The translations under genes were made by a program, and so were the position numbers. Shown piece after piece: positions 10,701 to 17,448 of a stretch of DNA of 64,000 bases. Each line of letters starts with the position of its first letter. Positions within the stretch are counted from its first letter, which is position 1. The DNA comes from Longilinea sp. (GTDB lineage Bacteria > Chloroflexota > Anaerolineae > Anaerolineales > Anaerolineaceae), in assembly GCA_017996955.1 (NCBI GenBank), contig JAGOFZ010000001.1, positions 6,304 through 70,303 of the forward strand, written 5' to 3'. Below the pieces are notes generated by a model that was given only the letters and a program-made list of their open reading frames with translations, ran no database searches and was not told the DNA's origin.

Positions 10701-11225
10701 AATGATCCAACTACCTATTGAGAAAAAGAATAAAACTAACAGCGAGAACCACTCAAACTCAAAGGATACCTGCCCTTCATCGATATGATTAAGCGTGTAC
10801 ACAGATGAATAAAGAATGATTGCTGCAATGCCCATGTATACTGAACTGATTGGGCTGATGACAAAGCTAGAAATCATGATGGGAATTGCTAACACCAGGA
10901 CAGTATTGTTGAATGTATGATAAGTTGGGCCCAGGAAGAAAAATATAAATCCCAACAAAAGAAAAGTCTCACCAGTCAGGCGTGTGAAGCCGCGTTGATT
11001 TAAGAACCAAAGCCCAATCACACCGATGAGAGCCGCAATATCCAAAGACAGAAAGAAACCAGCTTCTGGGTATTCTTCATTTATAAACTCAACGAAATTA
11101 ATCCCAATAATCACAAAGATTGACACCAGCGTTGCCAGCAGCAAATACCGCATCAACCGGTTTTGGTAACTCCCGGCATCTTTTTGCTTAAGATTATGAA
11201 GGATGCTCTTGATGGTTGTTTTCAT
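7764..11225 (-). CDS. Hybrid sensor histidine kinase (polytopic N-terminal sensor, PAS x3-4, GAF, HisKA, HATPase_c, receiver)
   Basis: H-box NAFLRNMSHDLKTPL, N/G boxes LLGNAIKFT and DTGIGI...GGSGLGL, and a C-terminal receiver ILLVVDNPEN...IVLIDTSFPE. The start is set at the ATG at 11225 (a TTG at 11246 is possible). Confidence 0.9.
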   Translation of the reverse strand: MKTTIKSILHNLKQKDAGSYQNRLMRYLLLATLVSIFVIIGINFVEFINEEYPEAGFFLSLDIAALIGVIGLWFLNQRGFTRLTGETFLLLGFIFFFLGPTYHTFNNTVLVLAIPIMISSFVISPISSVYMGIAAIILYSSVYTLNHIDEGQVSFEFEWFSLLVLFFFSIGSWIIARHNKKIIDETKTSRQMFADLVDQLPAFVYVVPLKPGSRATYISPHIETLTGFTVEEWTDDGERWASQIHSDDRERVVSTFEKSQIEHIPYELEYRMVTKEGRLIWVRDEAHVLLNDQKKPMALQGVLVDISQEKQSDETVRAWRTALENQVVERTRELADTQDRLKLVLESSTDGYWEWNVATGDVMISASLAKMLGYQVNEISNSLQYWSQLSHPDDLPGVQQAMTDHLEGRAPFYEVEMRLRRKNGDWLWVRDRGRIVEWDDQGRIKKVVGTHTDIQARKQIEAALQRREAVLEAVGFAAARFLSNANWKSEMPEVLARLSKALEVTQASIVHLPNAPEAFWPFETYIPWPRSIVPERIAELTPEKQAVVIAALAKGMAPLSEGKVVISRRSEQPEAVQKIMDIFGLASNFQVPIFYQGKFWGAISFSDNNIDREWAAPEIEACRIAALTLEAAIQNEATLKALEESQKNYQTLAENIGELISMVDLEGRVIFTTPSSRYLFGVPADIMPSMDGLKFIHPDDLPGVLDAARTHVLGKKEPFTIVFRAFQNDGKLFWMEASVRPVIDPGSDQVSRLVAVCRDITARRETEEKLAERTEELSQANAELQRADEIKNAFLRNMSHDLKTPLSAILSVAEALQEQTYGPITDRQDDALKAIQISGEHLKRLINDAFDLSKLQAGMLKLDWQEISLEAVCQESVEIIRQLAEEKGLELLVEIEPDLPTVQADPLQLRRILVNLLGNAIKFTPTPGKIGLTVGRQNDLNQLRLTVWDTGIGISEADQAQLFRPFFQVNATGKRQGGSGLGLPLVKELSKLHGWDLNVESAPSQGSRFTVCIPLYSSNAHGARVEPQPRQILLVVDNPENTQVLYSRLSSSGYDVGLVRAGPEAVTAAGSEQPDIVLIDTSFPEARGLSVIQLLRTTPQTTHLPILALPTSSDAADRERCLTTGADAVLARPFHTRDLLELIERALISANGR

Positions 11226-11304
11226 AGTCACCCTGGATTTGGACAAAGTGGCGCTGGTTTCATTGTAGGCTAGAACCTCTAAAAATTCAATCCATGCTTA
11301 CACC

Positions 11305-11332
11305 TTGACTAATCTGGAATTCAAGACATAAT
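11305..11332 (+). promoter_or_regulatory. Candidate promoter TTGACT-16-CATAAT for the Clp-like gene
   Basis: Read directly: ttgact aatctggaattcaaga cataat. It lies about 95 nt upstream of the ATG at 11427. Confidence 0.4.
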
Positions 11333-11426
11333 TGAAACAACAGCATGAACGGGCCGCCGGATTTTTCTGGGGGCGGTCAAATCCTGTACCATTATTCCCC
11401 ATCTTCAAAGGATTTAATCAGCATTT

Positions 11427-13595
11427 ATGGACGACGCGCTACTTGGCAAACTTACCACCGGTGCTCAAAGCCTGGTAAAAGCGGCTGCCGATAAACAGCA
11501 GCCAGGTCATCCCCACCTGGGGCTCTATCACTGGCTGGCGGCTTTGATGGAACGCCACGCCCCCATGGCCGAAATGATGGCCCCGGGCATTTTTGTGGCC
11601 GATGTTACCCGCACCGCCCGTCAGAAGCTGGAAAGCAACGACCCCGGTCCTAAGCTGGACGTGGCTGCAGTAATCAACGATGCTGCTGCCCAGGCCCAGC
11701 AGCGCGGCAAGATGCAGGCTTCCGAGCGCGATGTCGCCACCATCATCCTCACCCGGGCTGGCTACAAGGTGGCCGAGTGGGGTTCCCTGCAACTGCACGG
11801 CAGTTCATCGGAAAGCACCGAACCGTCTGGCGGTGGCGAACCTTTCAAGCCCGGCAGCGGTGCTTCAGCCACCCCCGCGCTCGATAAGTACGGGCGGGAC
11901 CTGACGCAAATGGCCCGCGAAGGCAAGCTCAGCCCCATCATTGGCCGCCATGACGAAATTGAAATGACCGTTGAAACCCTTTGTCGGCGCAGCAAACGCA
12001 ACCCTGTGCTGGTTGGCCCGGCTGGCGTTGGCAAAACCGCCATTGTTGAAGGCCTCGCACAGATGATTGTGACCGGCAAAGTGCCGCAAATGCTCAAGGA
12101 CTGCCGCATCATCGCCATCCAGCCCTCGGTTCTGGTGGCTGGCGCCAGCATGAGTGGCGAGCTTGAAAAGCGCGTCCAGGCTGTGGTGCGTGAAGCTTCG
12201 CAGCCCGGTATCATCCTCTTCATTGATGAAATTCACACCATCATGGGCTCTGGCGGCATGTTGGGTACCTCAGACATGGGCAGCCTCCTCAAGCCATCCC
12301 TGGCGCGGGGTGATATTGCCGTGATTGCCGCCACCACCAACGATGAATACCGCCGCTTTATTGAAAACGATGCCGCCCTGGAACGGCGCTTTAACCCTGT
12401 GCGTGTGCATGAGCTGTCAATCGACGAGACCATGCAGGTCATGCAAACCCTGCGGGACGAGTTCGTCAAATCCCGCACAATCACCATCTCCGATGAAATC
12501 CTTTCCTGGCTGCTGCAGTTCGGCGACCAGTACATGCGTAACCGCCATTTCCCCGACAAAGCCGTGGATCTGCTGGAGCAGTGCGTGGCGCATGCCGTCA
12601 CCCAGGGCAAAGAAGCCGTGGATATTGACGATGCCCAGGAAGTCGCCCAGCGTATGGTCGGCATGCCCCTGGCCCTGGAAGACCGCCTGTCTGAGCTGGA
12701 AAAACAACTCACCGGGCAGGGCCTGCTCGGCAAGGCCGAAACCGCCGCGCTGATTAACCGCCTGCAGGTCACCATGCGCGGCCTCGATATGCGCTCTGAC
12801 CGTCCCAACGCCATCATCATGCTCACCCGCGATGCCAAAGAAAACAGCGAAATGCTGGCGCAGGTCATTGCCCAGGCAGTCTATGGCGGCGAAGATCGCG
12901 TCATTGCCATTGATTTTGCCCGCTTCCTGCACCCCGAAGACGTGAACCTGCTCGTCGGCGCACCGCCCGGCTACATTGGCTATACCGACAGCCTGCCCCT
13001 GCACCGCCTGGCGCAGATCCCCTGGTGCGTGCTGCGCTTTGAAAACGTTGACTCCTGCCATCCGTATATTCGCGAGGTGCTCACCCAGACCTTCCGCGAT
13101 GGTAACCTGATGGATGGCCGCGGCAAGCTCATGCACCTTAGCGATACCATTGTCTTGATTACTGCCGATATTCAAATTGAAACCCAGCGCTCCCTGGGCT
13201 TCTTCCAGCAAACGGCTGAAATTGGCACTGACGACATTGAGGCAGCCGTGCGCGCCAGCATTGGCGAAGACCTTGCCTCTCAGCTCGATCTGGTGCTGTT
13301 TGGTGCCCATGGCGAAGAAGGCATTTCTCCAGAGTGGCTGGAACAAAACCTGCTGAACGAGGTCGTCCAGCGGTATTCCAAACAGGGCCTTCAAATTCAG
13401 TGGGACAACACCCTCATCGAGTGGCTGATGGAGGCGCTCTCGCAAGGCTTCAGTGATTCGGATTGGGAGCGCTGGGTGGATAACATCCTCACGCCGGCGC
13501 TTATCCAGCACTTGCCGCACGCCCGCGCAGCCCAAAAAGAGACCGTCACCGTCAAAATTCAAGACGGTGAAATTGCCGTATCCAAACCCCAGTAA
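11427..13595 (+). CDS. Clp/Hsp100-family AAA+ protein (ClpA/ClpC-like) with intact D1 and degenerate D2
   Basis: Clp_N-like N-terminus. D1 has GRHDEIEMTVETLCRRSKRNPVLVGPAGVGKTA and ILFIDEIH. D2 aligns but reads IIMLTRDAKENSEM (no GxxGxGKT) and VLRFENVDSCHP (no DE). GAPPGYIGY and an LGF tripeptide are retained. Confidence 0.85.
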   Translation: MDDALLGKLTTGAQSLVKAAADKQQPGHPHLGLYHWLAALMERHAPMAEMMAPGIFVADVTRTARQKLESNDPGPKLDVAAVINDAAAQAQQRGKMQASERDVATIILTRAGYKVAEWGSLQLHGSSSESTEPSGGGEPFKPGSGASATPALDKYGRDLTQMAREGKLSPIIGRHDEIEMTVETLCRRSKRNPVLVGPAGVGKTAIVEGLAQMIVTGKVPQMLKDCRIIAIQPSVLVAGASMSGELEKRVQAVVREASQPGIILFIDEIHTIMGSGGMLGTSDMGSLLKPSLARGDIAVIAATTNDEYRRFIENDAALERRFNPVRVHELSIDETMQVMQTLRDEFVKSRTITISDEILSWLLQFGDQYMRNRHFPDKAVDLLEQCVAHAVTQGKEAVDIDDAQEVAQRMVGMPLALEDRLSELEKQLTGQGLLGKAETAALINRLQVTMRGLDMRSDRPNAIIMLTRDAKENSEMLAQVIAQAVYGGEDRVIAIDFARFLHPEDVNLLVGAPPGYIGYTDSLPLHRLAQIPWCVLRFENVDSCHPYIREVLTQTFRDGNLMDGRGKLMHLSDTIVLITADIQIETQRSLGFFQQTAEIGTDDIEAAVRASIGEDLASQLDLVLFGAHGEEGISPEWLEQNLLNEVVQRYSKQGLQIQWDNTLIEWLMEALSQGFSDSDWERWVDNILTPALIQHLPHARAAQKETVTVKIQDGEIAVSKPQ

Positions 13596-13613
13596 ATCAG
13601 TCAGGAGGATCAA

Positions 13614-14060
13614 ATGGAATTTCAAACTGCTGCTCATCAGACGACCTATGAAAAACTTGTTCCCTGGGTCAAAGAACTCTTTGGCACTTTTGCCCATGCC
13701 CGTGAAGATGCCCCCACCTTTGGCCTTGCTGTAGGCTCTGCCTATGTCCAAATTGGCGTGATGGCCTGGGGCGAAGATGATGCCACCATTACCACCCGCG
13801 CCTATGTGGTCACCGGCGTTGAACTGACACCCGACCTGATGCATTACCTGCTGCGCGAGAATGACCGCATGCGCTTTGGCGCCTTTGGTGTAGATCAGGA
13901 CAACGACATTTTCTTCGAACACACCATTGTGGGCTCCACCTGCGATATGGAAGAGCTGAAGAGCTCCGTCCTCGCCGTGGTGTACACGGCCGACCAGTAT
14001 GATGATCAGATTATTCAAAAATGGGGCGGCCAGCGCGCCGTAGATCGCCGCAGCAGCTAG
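13614..14060 (+). CDS. YbjN-like (putative chaperone/sensory-transduction-regulator fold) protein
   Basis: 148 aa. AGGAGG SD, 18-nt gap after the Clp-like gene. The overall pattern (TYEKL..W...FG, tandem alpha/beta halves) resembles the YbjN family. The assignment is from memory only. Confidence 0.55.
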   Translation: MEFQTAAHQTTYEKLVPWVKELFGTFAHAREDAPTFGLAVGSAYVQIGVMAWGEDDATITTRAYVVTGVELTPDLMHYLLRENDRMRFGAFGVDQDNDIFFEHTIVGSTCDMEELKSSVLAVVYTADQYDDQIIQKWGGQRAVDRRSS

Positions 14061-14082
14061 GCCCGCATCTTGCAACCATCCT

Positions 14083-14114
14083 GCCGGGCTGCTGTGAACC
14101 TGCCGCAGCCCGGC
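14083..14114 (+). other. GC-rich 10-bp perfect hairpin without a U-tract, between the ybjN-like gene and the next ORF
   Basis: gccgggctgc (14083-14092) pairs with gcagcccggc (14105-14114), with a 12-nt loop. It ends 10 nt before the TTG start at 14125. Confidence 0.4.
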
Positions 14115-14124
14115 CTATCCCCAC

Positions 14125-16371
14125 TTGACCCTGGCGAACCGCCAGAATGGATTCACACCGGCTGTGTTTGACCTCTACTTCTATGCACTCAATCTCAAAA
14201 CCGGGCAGCCCCAGGGCAGCCTGCCAGGCCTGCTGGCCGAAGCCGCACCCCGCGGTGCGGCGCGCGCCCGTACCCAGGATTTGCTCTGCGCCCTGCTGAC
14301 ATTTGAAGATGGCCAAACGCCCCCGCCAGATCTCATCAAAACCTGGCTGGCAGAACTATCCAATGCCTATTTCACCGCCCCAGGCTCCATCACTGCTGGC
14401 TTGCGGCAGGCGGTTCGTACCATCAACGAAACCCTGCTGCAGTACAAGCAGCAGACTCCCGGCGCCGGTCAACTTGGCGGTGTGCTCAACCTGGCCGTCC
14501 TGCATGGCGATTCGGTGGTCATTGCCCACGCTGGCGTCACCCATTCCTTCTCGCTCACTCGCGCCCCCGTCCGTGACGATCACGACCCCGATGTCATCAA
14601 CCTGGGCCTCTCGCACGATCTGGTTCCGCGCTTCTATTCCACCACCATTCAACCCGGCGACATGCTGGTCTTCTGTCCGCGTCCGCCGCAATCCTGGCTG
14701 GCAAATGCCGATGGCTCAACCCTCAGCCGGGAGGCTTTCCGGCGCCGGCTGCTGCTGCAAACCAGCGCCGACTTGCAGGCTCTGATTGTCCAATTTCAGA
14801 CCGGCAAGGGTCAGGTGCGAGCTGCCGCCCCGCGGGTTCCCGGCACAGCACCCGCCGTCGAACCTGCCGGTCCGTCCGAATTACATCCCTCCGGCCCGGT
14901 CTATATTACCGGCGATGCCGCCCCCTTTGAACCAGCCGAGCCGCGCCCTGCCGCTGAAGTCAGGCGCCCGGCGGCAGAATCTGCTGCTCCGGCTGCCGCA
15001 TCGCCCCGCCCGCGCCGCCAGCCGGTTGACCGTCCCGCGCCCCAGTGGCAGCGTGGGCTGCTCAATTTCATCCGCCGCATTCAGGCCGCCACCGCCCGCC
15101 TGAGTCAGGGCTTGAACACCACGCTTGCCCGGATCATTCCGGGCAGCGCCGAGCGCCTGCCATCGCTTTCACCGGCGGCCCTGCTTTTTATTGCCATCGC
15201 TGTACCAGTGCTGGTCGTGGCAATTGCCACCACCGTCTATGTGCAAAATGGCCGCGGCGCACAGCATGTGGCCTATTTGCAGCAGGCCCAGCAGTTTGCC
15301 GGTAATGCTGTCCTGGAAAACGACCCCACCTTGCAGCGTAATGCCTGGCAGTCTGCCCTCTACTGGGTGGATAAGGCCGAACAATACGGCATCACCGAAT
15401 CCTCCCAATCCCTGCGCCGCACAGCCCAGGATGCGCTCGATGTGATGGATCATGTCCAACGCCTTGAATTTACCCCCGCAATGGATGTCAGCTTCGAGAG
15501 CAACATTCAAATCACCCGCATGATCTCAACGCTTTCAGATGATATTTATGCCATTGACGCCATCAGCGGCCGGGTCATCCACCTCAAGTATGCCCGCCCT
15601 GTGTTTGAGGTTGACCAGAACTTCATTTGCGGCCCCGGCCAGGTTGGCTCTCTGATTATTGGTCAACTGGTTGATCTGGTTGCTCTCCCGGCCGGCAATT
15701 CCCATTATGCAACCATTATGGCGATTGACGGCGCTGGCAATCTCCTGTATTGCAGTCCAGGCCGTGGACCCGAGGCCGTCACCCTGCCCAGTCCCGATAT
15801 GGGCTGGGGCAGCCTTACCCGTATGACCCTCAGCCAGGATGCCCTGCACGTCCTCGACCCCCTGAATAACGCCGTCTGGCGTTACGAAGGTCTATCCGCC
15901 GACTTTATGGACCCGCCGCGCCTGTTCTTTGATCAGCAAGTGCCCGAATTCCTTGGCGACGCAGTGGACATTGCCGTCAGCAATGAGGATTTATTTATCC
16001 TGCATTCCGATGGCCAAATGACCCGCTGTACATTCAGCGAATACGAGTTTTCGCCAACCCGCTGCACCGATGGCTATCCTTATAAAATGCCAGCCGCCAA
16101 CCAGGGTGTGGAAGAATTCAAGGTCTTGCCTGCCCAACTCTTGCAGATGCGCGCCACTCAGATGCCCGAACCCGCCCTGTACATTCTGGATCAGAGCGGC
16201 CCGGCAATCTATCAATTCAGTCTGATGTTGAATCTCAAGCAGCAGTACCGCCCGGGCCTTTACCTGGAAATGCCGCTGCCCAATCGCCTGCCCACAGCCT
16301 TCGCATTAACCTCAGACCGGGTTATGGTGCTGGCGTTTGACCACCAGTTGTTCGCTGCCACCTTGCCTTAA
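14125..16371 (+). CDS. Membrane protein: cytoplasmic PP2C/SpoIIE-like (degenerate) region, Pro-rich linker, one TM, extracytoplasmic beta-propeller-like domain
   Basis: A 748-aa ORF with a TTG start. TM segment LLFIAIAVPVLVVAIATTVYV. The function call is weak. Confidence 0.55.
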   Translation: MTLANRQNGFTPAVFDLYFYALNLKTGQPQGSLPGLLAEAAPRGAARARTQDLLCALLTFEDGQTPPPDLIKTWLAELSNAYFTAPGSITAGLRQAVRTINETLLQYKQQTPGAGQLGGVLNLAVLHGDSVVIAHAGVTHSFSLTRAPVRDDHDPDVINLGLSHDLVPRFYSTTIQPGDMLVFCPRPPQSWLANADGSTLSREAFRRRLLLQTSADLQALIVQFQTGKGQVRAAAPRVPGTAPAVEPAGPSELHPSGPVYITGDAAPFEPAEPRPAAEVRRPAAESAAPAAASPRPRRQPVDRPAPQWQRGLLNFIRRIQAATARLSQGLNTTLARIIPGSAERLPSLSPAALLFIAIAVPVLVVAIATTVYVQNGRGAQHVAYLQQAQQFAGNAVLENDPTLQRNAWQSALYWVDKAEQYGITESSQSLRRTAQDALDVMDHVQRLEFTPAMDVSFESNIQITRMISTLSDDIYAIDAISGRVIHLKYARPVFEVDQNFICGPGQVGSLIIGQLVDLVALPAGNSHYATIMAIDGAGNLLYCSPGRGPEAVTLPSPDMGWGSLTRMTLSQDALHVLDPLNNAVWRYEGLSADFMDPPRLFFDQQVPEFLGDAVDIAVSNEDLFILHSDGQMTRCTFSEYEFSPTRCTDGYPYKMPAANQGVEEFKVLPAQLLQMRATQMPEPALYILDQSGPAIYQFSLMLNLKQQYRPGLYLEMPLPNRLPTAFALTSDRVMVLAFDHQLFAATLP

Positions 16372-17383
16372 GCCGCCGCATTTGCGGCGCTGAATCAAGA
16401 TACCCAATCACAATCAGCCCGGCCAATACCGCCGCGCTGTAAACAACATTCGCCAGCACAGGCGGCAGCTTGATTGCCATAAAAGCCAGGCAGTCCAGCA
16501 AAAACGCAGCCATATGGATGGTCAATGTGGCGCGGTTGGTGTTCATGCCAATCGCCACCAGCCGGTGGTAGGTATGGTCCAGGTTGGATTGATAAACCGG
16601 CACACCGCGCCGCGCCCGCGAGATAATCACCAGCAGTGTATCGAACAATGGCACGGCCAGGATCAAAATGGGGGTGAACCAGGAGGTCAACGGGGTGTAG
16701 CCCACTGGATTGTATTCCACCGCCAGGGCGCCCAGCAGCAGCCCAATTAACTGTGAGCCCGAGTCGCCCAGAAACAGCCGCGCCGGCCGGGCGTTGAAAT
16801 AATAGACGGCAATCAATCCCCCCAGCCCTACCGCGCTGATTGAAGTTAATGAATACTGCCCCGCAGCATTGCTCACCAGCATAAAACAGGTCAGCGTCAG
16901 CACCCCCAAACCGGTCGCCAGCCCATCCATGCTGTCCACAAAGTTGAACGCATTGGTAATTCCCACCAGCCAGATCATGGTGATGATCAAATTGACCGCC
17001 TGGCTGGCGAAGATCGTCACCTGAACCCCCGCCGCAATCATCAACCCCGCTGCCAGAATCTGCCCAACCAGCTTCCAACGTGGGCGCATGGCTTTCCAAT
17101 CATCCCAGGCGCCAAACCCGCAGACAAGCACCAGCGCCACCAGAAAGAGCACATCCTGCCAGGCGGCCGCAAACCCATAGATCAGGCTGCCAATCACCAC
17201 CGTGGCAATGAGAATCAACCCGCCAGCCAGCGGGATGGCCTCTTGATGCTGTTTGTGCGGCTCGCGCCCGGGCAAATCCAGCAGCCCCACTCGCCGGGTC
17301 AGCCAAAGCATTGGCCCGGTCAGTACCAGTGCAATGCCCAGGGATAAGAGTAAAATGCTGAAAATTTCTACATCGCCCACCAC
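16322..17383 (-). CDS. Glycosyltransferase family 4 (MraY/WecA-like) polyprenyl-phosphate sugar-1-phosphate transferase
   Basis: Polytopic, with NAFNFVDSMDGLA and FLGDSGSQ motifs. GTG start (17383 or 17380) just downstream of a TGATATACT. Confidence 0.85.
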   Translation of the reverse strand: MVGDVEIFSILLLSLGIALVLTGPMLWLTRRVGLLDLPGREPHKQHQEAIPLAGGLILIATVVIGSLIYGFAAAWQDVLFLVALVLVCGFGAWDDWKAMRPRWKLVGQILAAGLMIAAGVQVTIFASQAVNLIITMIWLVGITNAFNFVDSMDGLATGLGVLTLTCFMLVSNAAGQYSLTSISAVGLGGLIAVYYFNARPARLFLGDSGSQLIGLLLGALAVEYNPVGYTPLTSWFTPILILAVPLFDTLLVIISRARRGVPVYQSNLDHTYHRLVAIGMNTNRATLTIHMAAFLLDCLAFMAIKLPPVLANVVYSAAVLAGLIVIGYLDSAPQMRRLKARWQRTTGGQTPAP

Positions 17384-17448
17384 GCTAGTATATCATTAGA
17401 TTGTCGTAATTTTTATGCTACAATCAGGCATCGGGAGGGTTCTGCCTT

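Noticed and set aside
12417-14075. A 552-aa ORF antisense to the Clp-like and ybjN-like genes. Similar long antisense ORFs lie at 4352-5527, 44343-45344, 51022-51690, 57436-58476, 58588-59283, 40449-41039 and 61754-62725.
   Set aside because: These are typical high-GC shadow frames opposite well-supported genes. They have low-complexity Gly/Ala/Arg/His-rich translations, no motifs and no SD or promoter signals.
16322-16371. A 50-nt convergent overlap of two CDS 3' ends (and a 14-nt overlap at 7764-7777), considered as possible mis-called stops
   Set aside because: Both stops are fixed by the sequence and both ORFs are otherwise well supported. I cannot show a regulatory role, so it is noted only as context in the envelope-cluster finding.
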